Shown here: in pieces, positions 7,083 through 14,618 of the stretch | How the letters are laid out: every line of letters starts with the position of its first letter | How positions within the stretch are numbered: the first letter of the stretch is position 1 | Assembly: GCA_021325135.1 (NCBI GenBank) | Contig: JAJPHT010000018.1 | Coordinates: 1 to 16,792, forward strand | Length of the DNA: 16,792 nt | Direction: 5' to 3' | Source: Pseudomonadota bacterium | Lineage (GTDB): Archaea > Thermoplasmatota > SW-10-69-26 > JACQPN01 > JAJPHT01 | Program-made: the position numbers and the translations under genes | Notes under the pieces: model-generated | Told to the model about the DNA's origin: nothing | Databases searched by the model: none | The model's input: the letters and a program-made list of their open reading frames with translations, nothing else

Positions 7083-7205
7083 ATGCTCTCGGACCTCGCC
7101 ACCTTCGCCCTCGCCTTCGCCGTCGTCTGGATCGGCCTCGCCCTCTACCTCGTCCGCCTCCACCTCCTCGCCCGGAAGCTGGAGAGCCAGATGCGCGGGC
7201 GCTGA
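7083..7205 (+). CDS. ccmD: CcmD-family small membrane protein (40 aa)
   Basis: MLSDLATFALAFAVVWIGLALYLVRLHLLARKLESQMRGR*. Starts immediately after the ccmC stop; single TM with AF-x-x-x-W-x5-Y and a basic tail. Below the ORF-track cutoff. Confidence 0.8.
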   Translation: MLSDLATFALAFAVVWIGLALYLVRLHLLARKLESQMRGR

Positions 7206-7237
7206 AGCTAAGCCGCGGGCGCGCCCATGGCAAGGGC

Positions 7238-7477
7238 ATGGACGTCGACATCCCCGCGACGCTGGTGCAGGAGATCGACTCGCTGGTGGGCATGGGCGTC
7301 TTCGCCACGCGCGACGCCGCCGTCGCGGAGCTGATCCGCCTGGGCCTCGACGCGATGAGCGCCCGGAGGCGCAGCCCGCCCGTCCCTCCGCGGCCTCCGA
7401 TGCCCCCGGGCGTGCGCGATCCCCACGAGGACGAGCCCATCCACGTGGACCCGGGCGACGTGAACTGGGTCGGCTGA
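7238..7477 (+). CDS. CopG/Arc/MetJ-type ribbon-helix-helix protein with Pro-rich tail
   Basis: MDVDIPATLVQEIDSLVGMGVFATRDAAVAELIRLGL matches the archaeal RHH pattern (V-x-I-P-x-x-L-x-x-E-I-D-x-L-V-x-x-G-x-F-x-[ST]-R). Confidence 0.8.
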   Translation: MDVDIPATLVQEIDSLVGMGVFATRDAAVAELIRLGLDAMSARRRSPPVPPRPPMPPGVRDPHEDEPIHVDPGDVNWVG

Positions 7478-7505
7478 CGTGTCAGCCGGCAACACGCCCT
7501 ACGCG

Positions 7506-7527
7506 GCCCCTCGCCGCGGCGAGGGGC
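7506..7527. repeat. Perfect 22-bp palindrome downstream of the RHH gene
   Basis: GCCCCTCGCCG|CGGCGAGGGGC. Confidence 0.7.
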
Positions 7528-7635
7528 GATAGGCAAGGAACGCGCTTCGGCGCTGCGCGCCTTGCGCTCCCAACGAGGGCGGTCCGCGCCGACCCGTTCC
7601 GAACGCCTGATGGTCCCAAGGGCCGCTCGCCAAGC

Positions 7636-8502
7636 GTGCGCCCCCTGCTGGTGCGGCTTGGCATCGTCGTCGCCCTCCTCGCGGCGACGCTCGCCGTGGC
7701 CCAGCTCCAACGCCTGCCCGAGAGCCTCTACCCCGTGTCGTGGAGCGTCGACCGCAGCGGCAGCGCGCCCGAGGACCTCAACCTGACCCTCCCCGCGGCG
7801 CGCTCCTACGCCGTCTCGTTCGCGCAGCCCCTCGTCTACAACGCGACGCGCGACGCCACGCTGGCGGGCTCGCTGGTGTGCAGCCACCGCGCCTGCGGGC
7901 CCCTCCTGTGGATCAAGGGAGACTGGACCGCGACGCGCGGGCCCCTGGTGCTGCGGACGGACGCGACGACGCTGGCCTTCGAGGAGACCGCGCGCTCCGA
8001 GCCTCCCCCGGTCGCGCCGACGCCGGAGCGGAACGCCTCGGAGCCCGTCGTCACCACTGCCACGTCCCCCCAGGCGCCGGCTCCCTACGGGGACGTCCCC
8101 ACGCGCTATGACGGCGTGCGCTACGCCATCGCCTCCCCCTTCGAGGCGCGCGACGCCAAGCCCCTCGCCGTGGGCGCCGCCGCGCTGCGCCTCGCGCCGG
8201 TGGCCCTGCTGGCGGCGGCGCCCCTGGGGGTCGCCCTCTGGCGCCGCGCGCTCATCGTCGTCGCGGCGCCGCTGGGCGGGTGGATGGCGTTCTCCGCGCA
8301 AGCTGCCGGGATGGGCGGCATCCTCCACGTCTTCGTCGCCCTCGCCACGCTCATGGCCTCCGCCGTGGCCTTCGTGGTCGTCCTCGCGTGGCGCCGCCGC
8401 GTCTCCGCGACAGCCCTTGCGGGCCTCGCCTTCGGCGTCGCGTTCCTCGTGACGCTGCCCGTCGCCTACGCCTACCTGCCCCTCGCGGGCTGGGGCGACT
8501 GA
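7636..8502 (+). CDS. Hypothetical membrane protein
   Basis: N-terminal hydrophobic helix, soluble beta-rich domain with CSHRAC, then about 4 C-terminal TM helices; host-like codon bias. Confidence 0.7.
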   Translation: MRPLLVRLGIVVALLAATLAVAQLQRLPESLYPVSWSVDRSGSAPEDLNLTLPAARSYAVSFAQPLVYNATRDATLAGSLVCSHRACGPLLWIKGDWTATRGPLVLRTDATTLAFEETARSEPPPVAPTPERNASEPVVTTATSPQAPAPYGDVPTRYDGVRYAIASPFEARDAKPLAVGAAALRLAPVALLAAAPLGVALWRRALIVVAAPLGGWMAFSAQAAGMGGILHVFVALATLMASAVAFVVVLAWRRRVSATALAGLAFGVAFLVTLPVAYAYLPLAGWGD

Positions 8503-8601
8503 GGGAGCCGGCAAGCGACGCGCAGCCCCCGTGGCGATGGGTCATCCGGCCTTCGCCACCCCTTAAGCATCCCACGACGATGGGAGCCGCGGTGTCGACA
8601 G

Positions 8602-8886
8602 ATGCTCGTGCAATGGTACGCCGACTTCGACGGCGACGAGAGCAAGATCGTGCCCCGGATCGTGGAGATCGCGACCGAGACCGCGAAGAGCAACCACGGC
8701 CGCGTGCTGGGCGGGCCCTACCACCCGCAGGGCAACAGCCTGCTCATGCTCTTCGAGTACGACACGCCCGACGGCTTCCAGAAGGCGGGCAAGGTCGCGC
8801 TGGAGAAGATGGCCCGGGAAGGCCTCGCCGTGACGCCCATGCGCTACGAGGTCGCCTTCAAGTGCGGCGAGTTCGGCGGGCCGTGA
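8602..8886 (+). CDS. Hypothetical 94-aa protein, probable ferredoxin-like alpha/beta fold
   Basis: MLVQWYADFDG...GRVLGGPYHPQGNSLLMLFEYDTPDGF; strong GC3 bias; CCTTAAGC TATA-like element at 8561-8568. The fold is inferred from alternating strand/helix patterning. Confidence 0.75.
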   Translation: MLVQWYADFDGDESKIVPRIVEIATETAKSNHGRVLGGPYHPQGNSLLMLFEYDTPDGFQKAGKVALEKMAREGLAVTPMRYEVAFKCGEFGGP

Positions 8887-8895
8887 AGAGCGCGA

Positions 8896-9210
8896 TCAGC
8901 CCATGCGGGCGCGCATGTCGGCCTTGATGTCGGTCAGCGGGCGGCCCTCGACGGGGATGCCCATCTCGCGGGCGGCCTTGCGGACCTTCTGGTCCTCGAC
9001 GGCCTCCATGGGGGGCGCGTCCTTGAGGGCGGCCTCGCGGGCCATCTGCTCGCCCTCCTTCATGCCCTTCTGGTACTCGCCCTTGGCGCGGCCCATGGCG
9101 CGGGCCAGCTCGGGGATCTTCGCGGCGCCGAAGAAGACGACGATGATCACGAGGACGAGGGCGATCTCCTCGCCGCCGAGACCCAGGAGCGCGAGCGTGG
9201 TCGGGAGCAT
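8896..9210 (-). CDS. tatA: Twin-arginine translocase subunit TatA/E
   Basis: GLGGEEIALVLVIIVVFFGAAKIPELARAMGRAKGEYQKG is the canonical TatA TM-FG-x-x-K-x-P amphipathic motif. TATA-like CCTTAAAAT on the minus strand at 9241-9249. Confidence 0.93.
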   Translation of the reverse strand: MLPTTLALLGLGGEEIALVLVIIVVFFGAAKIPELARAMGRAKGEYQKGMKEGEQMAREAALKDAPPMEAVEDQKVRKAAREMGIPVEGRPLTDIKADMRARMG

Positions 9211-9313
9211 GCTCACCGAGGGCGGCTTACCCCGGGTCCCATTTTAAGGTTTGCGTGGGCGGGGCCTCCCGAGCGGGATGAGGGGCTCTCCTTGTCTTTC
9301 CTGTCACGTCTTG

Positions 9314-9388
9314 ACGCGACGACGCCACGACGCGACGAACGGAGAAACAGAGGGTTCCCTCGTCCGTTGCGTCGTGGCGTCGTCGCGT
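9314..9388. repeat. Long hairpin with 8-nt periodic arms
   Basis: ACGCGACGACGCCACGACGC (9314-9333) is the perfect inverted complement of 9369-9388; about 8 more imperfect pairs extend inward. Confidence 0.85.
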
Positions 9389-9444
9389 TGAGGGGTGACC
9401 AAGAAGGAGAACACCAGCGGACCCAGAGGGACGGAGGGAACCCC

Positions 9445-10539
9445 TCACGCCTTCGGGCGCCGGAAGAGCACGAACGCGCTGGGGACCAGGACGACGACGC
9501 CCAAGACCGCGCCCGCGACCACGCTGGGCGGGATCTCCTGGATGGCGGTGACGACGCTCAGGGTGTGCACCGAGTAGTGGGGCACGCTGACGATCATCTG
9601 GAACGCGTCGGCGCCGGGGTCGTACACGACGTAGTACTCGGGGGCGAGGCCGTCGTTGTCCGGGTCGAGGACGTCGGGCAGGCTGTCGGCGGGGCGCACG
9701 GTGACGTTGTCCAGGAGGACGTTGAGGTCCTCCTTCTTCTGCGCGCCCAGGACGCCGTTGTCGACGTTGAGCACGAGGACGCGGCCTTCGGTGCCGTGGC
9801 CCTCGACGAGGAGCGTGAGGTTCCCGTGCTGGGCCTTGAGGGTCGTCATGGTGACGTTGCCGTAGGAGACGAGGTCCTGCGAGACGTTGGCGCCGTTGTG
9901 GTTGAACGTGGCCTCGGCGCCCACGTGGCCGTCGCCGATGGCGTCGGTGAGGGCGGAGCGGTGCAGGTCGAAGCCGCCCTGCGTCTCGTCCAGGAAGACG
10001 AGCACGTCGTCGCTGCCGCGCACGGAGCGCCCCTGGGCGCTGAGGCCGTCCGCGCGCACCTCGCCGGTGAGGTTGCCCAGGGTGAAGCCGGCGCGGTCCT
10101 CGCCCTTGGGGGTCAGGGTGACGCCGGGCGCGAAGGTGAGCACGACCGCGCCCTCGGTGGTGAGGCGCGCGACGGCGGCGGGCTTGTCGTGCGCGACGAA
10201 CAGGAAGCCGGGCTCCTGGACGCGCATCTCCGAGCCCGCGGCGCGGACCTCGGCGGAGCCCGTGCGGGCCTGCGCGTTGGAGGTGGCGGCGTCGAAGAGG
10301 AGCGTGCCGCCCACGGTGAAGGCGTGGATGCCGGAGGCGTCGTAGCCGAAGGAGACGTACTCGCCCGCGGCCTGGTGGGTGGCGTCCGCGACGCGGAAGG
10401 AGCCCACGGGCACGTTGCCGTGCTCGCCGGAGCGCCCTTCGCTTCGCCCCTTGCCGTGGTCGGACCCGTCGTCCGCCAGGACCGGCGCGGCCGTGGCCAG
10501 GAGGGCGAGGACGGCGAGGACCGGGAGGGCGCGCGGCAT
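9445..10539 (-). CDS. Secreted, C-terminally anchored cell-surface protein
   Basis: Signal peptide MPRALPVLAVLALLATAAPVLA; beta-rich body; VSVPHYSVHTL before a C-terminal TM and RRPKA tail. TATA-like TTTATAAG on the minus strand at about 10567-10576. Confidence 0.85.
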   Translation of the reverse strand: MPRALPVLAVLALLATAAPVLADDGSDHGKGRSEGRSGEHGNVPVGSFRVADATHQAAGEYVSFGYDASGIHAFTVGGTLLFDAATSNAQARTGSAEVRAAGSEMRVQEPGFLFVAHDKPAAVARLTTEGAVVLTFAPGVTLTPKGEDRAGFTLGNLTGEVRADGLSAQGRSVRGSDDVLVFLDETQGGFDLHRSALTDAIGDGHVGAEATFNHNGANVSQDLVSYGNVTMTTLKAQHGNLTLLVEGHGTEGRVLVLNVDNGVLGAQKKEDLNVLLDNVTVRPADSLPDVLDPDNDGLAPEYYVVYDPGADAFQMIVSVPHYSVHTLSVVTAIQEIPPSVVAGAVLGVVVLVPSAFVLFRRPKA

Positions 10540-10601
10540 GGGCTTCGGGGCCTCGATCCCCGTTGTGCTTATAAATCGGCTTTGTTGCGGACCTCGAAGG
10601 T

Positions 10602-11426
10602 TCACCCGGCCTCGACCACGTCCAGGCCGAAGTCCAGGGCGGGCGCGCTGTGGGTGATCCAGCCCACGCTGATGCGGTCGGCCGCATCGGCGTACTGCGC
10701 GATGGTGGCCGGCGTGACGCCGCCGCTGACCTCCACCATGAGGCGCGGGAAACGCGCCTTGAGGTCGCGGTACGCGCGGCGGGCGTCCTCCGGAGAGAAG
10801 TTGTCCAGCAGCACTGCGTCCGCGCCCGCCTGGGCGGCGGCCATCGCCTGCTCGGGGCGGTCGGCCTCCACCTGGAGGAAGGCCTCGGGGCGCAGCGCGC
10901 GGCACCTGCGCACCGCGGCGGCGACGTCGGGCTCCACGAGGAGGTGGTTGTCCTTCACCAGGAAGGCGTCGTGGAGGCCGAAGCGGTGCGGATCGCCTCC
11001 GCCCACCTCCACGGCGCGCTTCTCGAAGCGGCGGAAGCCGGGCGTCGTCTTGCGCGTGGCCGCGACGCGGCAGCGCGGGTTCACGGCGGAGACCTTCGCC
11101 TGGAGATCGGCCGTCGCGGTGGCGATGCCGCTCATGCGCATGAGGAGGTTCAGCGCCAGGCGCTCGCCGGTGAGCACCGCCGCGGCGGGCCCCTCGACGC
11201 GCAGCACGACGGAGCCCGGCCCGACGCGGTCGCCGTCCTTGGCCTCGGCGCTCGCCGCGGCGCCCAGGCGCGCGAAGACCGCGGCGGCCTCGGGAAGGCC
11301 GCAGACGACGCCCGCGCGCTTCGCCACGACGACGGCCTTCGCCCGCGCCCCGCCGGCCAGCGCCTGCGTCGTGATATCACCCGCGCCCACGTCCTCCGCC
11401 AGGAAGCGCAGCAGGTCCTCGTCCAC
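10602..11426 (-). CDS. nadC: Quinolinate phosphoribosyltransferase (nicotinate-nucleotide diphosphorylase)
   Basis: LAEDVGAGDITT, ERLALNLLMRMSGIATAT, ATRKTTPG, GGGDPHRFGLHDAFLVKDNH, VLLDNF, EVSGG, ISVG. Confidence 0.97.
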   Translation of the reverse strand: MDEDLLRFLAEDVGAGDITTQALAGGARAKAVVVAKRAGVVCGLPEAAAVFARLGAAASAEAKDGDRVGPGSVVLRVEGPAAAVLTGERLALNLLMRMSGIATATADLQAKVSAVNPRCRVAATRKTTPGFRRFEKRAVEVGGGDPHRFGLHDAFLVKDNHLLVEPDVAAAVRRCRALRPEAFLQVEADRPEQAMAAAQAGADAVLLDNFSPEDARRAYRDLKARFPRLMVEVSGGVTPATIAQYADAADRISVGWITHSAPALDFGLDVVEAG

Positions 11427-11479
11427 GCGGCCGCATCAAGGCGGCAACCCATATATCCGTGCGGCCCATGGCCCGCGCG

Positions 11480-12247
11480 ATGCGAGTCCTCCTCGTCGGG
11501 TGCGGAGCCCTGGGCGGCGCCATCGCGCACGGCGTCACGAAGATGCACGGCGCAAGCCTCGTCGTCCACGACGTCGACCACGCCAAGGCCGTGAAGGTCG
11601 CCCGCGAGACGCTGGCCCCCGTCGTCAAGACGCTGGAGGAGGGCCTCGCGGGGGCGGACCTCGTGGTGGAGGCCGCGAGCCAGGCGGCCCTCAAGGAGAT
11701 CGCCCCCAAGGTGCTGGGCAAGGGCATCCCCCTCGTGGCGCTCAGCGTGGGCGCCTTCGGCGACGCGCCCTTCCTCGACGCCGTGACGCGCCTCGCGCAG
11801 GAGAAGAAGACGCGCATCCTCGTCCCCAGCGGCGCCATCGGCGGGCTCGACGCGCTGCGCGCAGCGGCCGAGGCGGGCCTCGACGAGGTGACGCTCGTCA
11901 CCGCGAAGCCCCCCGAAGGGTTCGGCCTCCACGGCGTCCACGAGCCGCGCGTCCTCTACGAGGGCCCCGCCCGCGAAGCCGTCGCCAAGTTCCCCAAGAA
12001 CGTCAACGTCGCCGCCGCGCTCTCGCTGGCGGGCATCGGCTTCGAGAGGACGCAGGTGCGCATCGTCGCGGACCCCGCGCTCAAGGCCAACACGCACACC
12101 ATCGTCGCCAAGGGCGCGTTCGGCGAGATGACCTGCCGCGTCGAGAACCGCCCCTCCCCCGAGAACCCCGCATCCTCCCACCTCGCCTCCCTCGCCGCGC
12201 TCGCGCTGATCCGACGCTTCGTGAGCCCGGTGCAGGTGGGGACCTGA
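11480..12247 (+). CDS. nadX: L-aspartate dehydrogenase
   Basis: Rossmann VGCGALG, VVEAAS, LSVGA, VPSGAIGGLD, KPP, YEGPAREAVAKFPKNVNVAAALSLAG, NTHTI, ENRPSPENPASS. CATATAT at 11450-11456; divergent from nadC. Confidence 0.95.
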   Translation: MRVLLVGCGALGGAIAHGVTKMHGASLVVHDVDHAKAVKVARETLAPVVKTLEEGLAGADLVVEAASQAALKEIAPKVLGKGIPLVALSVGAFGDAPFLDAVTRLAQEKKTRILVPSGAIGGLDALRAAAEAGLDEVTLVTAKPPEGFGLHGVHEPRVLYEGPAREAVAKFPKNVNVAAALSLAGIGFERTQVRIVADPALKANTHTIVAKGAFGEMTCRVENRPSPENPASSHLASLAALALIRRFVSPVQVGT

Positions 12248-12260
12248 AAGGCGGAGGGCA

Positions 12261-12386
12261 AAAGCGGGGGGTTCGGGGGGCGGCAGCTCCCCTGACGTTT
12301 CGGTCGTCTGCTCGACGTTCCTTCACGTCAGGGGGCTGCGCCCCCTGAAACCCCCTCGGGTAGCCGCGCTGCGGCGCCGCCGAACG
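12261..12386. repeat. REPIN/MITE-like palindromic element, copy 2 (inverted relative to copy 1)
   Basis: AAAGCGGGGGGTTCGGGGGGCGGCAGCTCCCCTGACGT-TTCGGTCGTCTGCTCGACGTTCCTTC-ACGTCAGGGGGCTGCGCCCCCTGAAACCCCC...GCCGCGCTGCGGCGCCGCCGAACG; aligns to the reverse complement of 3837-3959. Confidence 0.9.
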
Positions 12387-12404
12387 CGGGTTGTTGGGTT
12401 GTTC

Positions 12405-13148
12405 CTACGCCGGCGCCGGCATCACGAGCCGCAGCAGCGCGAAGATGAGATCGCCCACGAGGAACGTGGCGACGAAGCCCAGCAGGAGCGGGATCATGAA
12501 CGGGATCTTGGGGGACACCCAGACCTTCTCCTCGCCCAGGGCCTGCACGCGGGCGAAGGTGGCCTCGACCTCCTCCTCGCTCATGCGCGACGCCATGAGG
12601 CGCGTCCTGCGGGAGCCGTCCTCCTCCACGACCTCCATGGGCCACGCGTGGCCGCGGCGCACGTCCTTGGCCTTGCGCTTGACGCCCAGGAAGAGGTGCG
12701 GAAAGCGCGCGTGGCCGTGGGCGAGGTTCCAGACGGCCAGCGAGAGGGGGATCGCAAGGAAGAGGAGCAGGCTGTCGCCCAGCACCGTGAACGCTCCAGG
12801 GAGCGGGCCCGCCAAGGGGGGGACGCCCTCGGCCAGCGCGAGGGGGAAGGGCACGAGGAGCGCCATCGCCATGAGGGCCTTCGCGTCCGCGCCGCCCGCG
12901 ATGAGGCCGAACCACCACATGGCGTAGATGGCGACCGCGAAGCCGGGGATGAAGACGAGGTAGGGCCACCGGCCCAGGACGTCCGAGGGCTCGAAGGCGA
13001 GCTGCGCGGCCAGCGCGACGAGGCCCACCAGCGCCATGACGACCCAAAGGACGTTGGGCGCGCGGCGCCAGCGCCAGTCCGTGTACGCCGCGAACGCGAG
13101 CAGCGTCGTGCCGGCGAGGAGGCGCAGCAGGTCGAGGACCGGGACCAC
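12405..13148 (-). CDS. Archaeal prepilin/preflagellin peptidase, A24 family (FlaK/PibD-like)
   Basis: AAYTDWRWRRAPNVLW (Asp1), GGADAKALM (GxGD-type Asp2), C-terminal KVWVSPKIPFMIPLLLGF typical of archaeal A24 peptidases. GTG start inferred. Confidence 0.9.
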   Translation of the reverse strand: MVPVLDLLRLLAGTTLLAFAAYTDWRWRRAPNVLWVVMALVGLVALAAQLAFEPSDVLGRWPYLVFIPGFAVAIYAMWWFGLIAGGADAKALMAMALLVPFPLALAEGVPPLAGPLPGAFTVLGDSLLLFLAIPLSLAVWNLAHGHARFPHLFLGVKRKAKDVRRGHAWPMEVVEEDGSRRTRLMASRMSEEEVEATFARVQALGEEKVWVSPKIPFMIPLLLGFVATFLVGDLIFALLRLVMPAPA

Positions 13149-13214
13149 GCCGCGGACTCGGGCCGGGGGGCCTTCAGGCTGCCGATTCTTGCACTCCGGA
13201 AGCCCTGCGCGGCC

Positions 13215-14042
13215 GTGGACCTCGCCTCCCTGTACCCGCCGCGCACGGGCGAGCCGCGCAAGGGGGACTTCGGCCGCGTCGTGGTCGCGGGGGGCAGCCT
13301 CGTCTACTCGGGCGCGCCCGCGCTCAACGCCCTCGCCGCCCTGCGCTCGGGGGCCGACCTCGTCTTCGTCGTCGCGCCGCGGCGGGCCGCGGACCTCGTC
13401 GCGGGCTACGCGCCCGACCTCATCACGCACCCGTGCGACGCGCCCTTCCCCGAGCCCGACGCCGTCTTCGGGCACCGGCCCGGCGCCATCGTGCTGGGCG
13501 GGGGCGTCGAGCGCACGGCCGCCGCGCACTCCGCGCTGCGCGAGATCGTCCGCCGCGCGGACTGCCCCCTGGTGGTCGACGCCGAGGCGCTCCACGCCCT
13601 CGCCGGGAAGCCCGACCTCCTCCGCGGCAAGCGCGCCCTCCTGACGCCCCACGGGGGCGAGTTCGAGGTCCTCACGGGGGAGCGATATCCCGCCGCCCAG
13701 GCGTCGCGCGAGGCGGCCGTGCGCGCGCAGGCCGCGCGCTTCGGCGCGACCCTCCTGGTCAAGGGTCTCGTGGACGTGATCAGCGACGGGGAGCGCGTCG
13801 CGCTGGACCACCAAGGATCGCCCTACCTCACGAAGGGGGGCTGGGGCGACCTGGTCGCGGGCGCCGCAGGCGCGCTCCTCGCGCGGGGCGCCTCGCCCTG
13901 GGACGCGGCGCGGGGCGCGGCGTTCCTGGTGGGCGCCGCGGGCGCGCGGGCGGCGGCCAGGCTGGGGGAGAGCACGCTGGCAAGCGACGCGCTGGCGGAG
14001 ATCGCCACTGTCATTGCCGAGGCGCGGCAGGGCGCGGGCTAG
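13215..14042 (+). CDS. nnrD: ADP/ATP-dependent NAD(P)H-hydrate dehydratase (stand-alone)
   Basis: RKGDFGRVVVAGGSLVYSGAP...ALRSGADLV, VVDAEAL, LLTPHGGEF, LLVKGLVDVISDG, KGGWGDLVAG; no N-terminal epimerase domain. Confidence 0.92.
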   Translation: MDLASLYPPRTGEPRKGDFGRVVVAGGSLVYSGAPALNALAALRSGADLVFVVAPRRAADLVAGYAPDLITHPCDAPFPEPDAVFGHRPGAIVLGGGVERTAAAHSALREIVRRADCPLVVDAEALHALAGKPDLLRGKRALLTPHGGEFEVLTGERYPAAQASREAAVRAQAARFGATLLVKGLVDVISDGERVALDHQGSPYLTKGGWGDLVAGAAGALLARGASPWDAARGAAFLVGAAGARAAARLGESTLASDALAEIATVIAEARQGAG

Positions 14043-14096
14043 GCGGCGAACGGTCGGGACAAGAGAGCGGGGCGCGACGGCCCCCACGAGTGGACG

Positions 14097-14276
14097 CTAC
14101 TCGCGAAGCGGACGTTCGAACGTCGGCAGCCTGGGCCCCGCGGGAGCGGACGGCCCGGCTGCGCCTTCGACGCGCACGATCTTCCCGTCGATCAGCGCGA
14201 AGTGGGCATCCGAGTGGCCTTCCAACTCGATGGAGGGCATCTTCTTCCCCTTCTTCATCCGATGGTACCCCGTCAC
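14097..14276 (-). CDS. Small hypothetical protein (53-59 aa)
   Basis: (MTGYHR)MKKGKKMPSIELEGHSDAHFALIDGKIVRVEGAAGPSAPAGPRLPTFERPLRE*. SD-like GGAAGGTGG about 7 nt upstream of GTG 14276; alternative ATG at 14258. Confidence 0.5.
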   Translation of the reverse strand: MTGYHRMKKGKKMPSIELEGHSDAHFALIDGKIVRVEGAAGPSAPAGPRLPTFERPLRE

Positions 14277-14495
14277 TTCCAACCCACCTTCCCCTTCAAA
14301 CCGGTTTCGGCTACTTCGTCGGAAGTGGCGCACCCACCGGGTTGCATGGGGGAAAGTTGGGTCTGAGATCAACTTGGGGAAGGTGGAACCTTGTTTGCTC
14401 CTTGATGACAGACAATGCAGGCAGCCGAATGGCGGCGGGCAGCCCCTGTCCGGGTCCCGTCCGCGTGATATCCCTCTCCCTCTCGCGGGCTCGCT

Positions 14496-14618
14496 GGGGG
14501 CTGCGCCCCCTTTCCCCCGCCACAACCCGAACCCACGAACCACCGGACCAAAGGAAGACCGTGGTCCGGTGGTTCGTGGGTTCGGGTTGTGGCGGGGGTC
14601 TGGGGGACGGTGTCCCCC
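14496..14618. repeat. 37-bp perfect hairpin flanked by outward-facing REP-like units
   Basis: 14514-14550 CCCCCGCCACAACCCGAACCCACGAACCACCGGACCA, 11-nt loop, exact inverse at 14562-14598; flanked by GGGGGCTGCGCCCCC (14496-14510) and GGGGGACGGTGTCCCCC (14602-14618). Confidence 0.9.

Noticed and set aside
7876-7896. CSHRAC as a heme-binding motif of a Ccm substrate
   Set aside because: Not CxxCH; the His precedes the second Cys.
8519-8531. Partial GCGCAGCCCCC motif after the membrane protein gene
   Set aside because: Only half of the REP-like unit with no pairing G-run; could be chance at this GC level.
9292-12348. 1018-aa + strand ORF and other long R/G/A/P-rich ORFs (e.g. 5412-7163 -, 14667-16472 -, 7003-8514 -)
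   Set aside because: Shadow frames of real genes in high-GC DNA; low-complexity translations without motifs, overlapping well-supported genes.
14277-14480. Cobalamin riboswitch or replication origin (ORB) near nrdJ
   Set aside because: The region is downstream, not upstream, of nrdJ; no B12-box recognised; no convincing ORB consensus and no cdc6/orc1 nearby.
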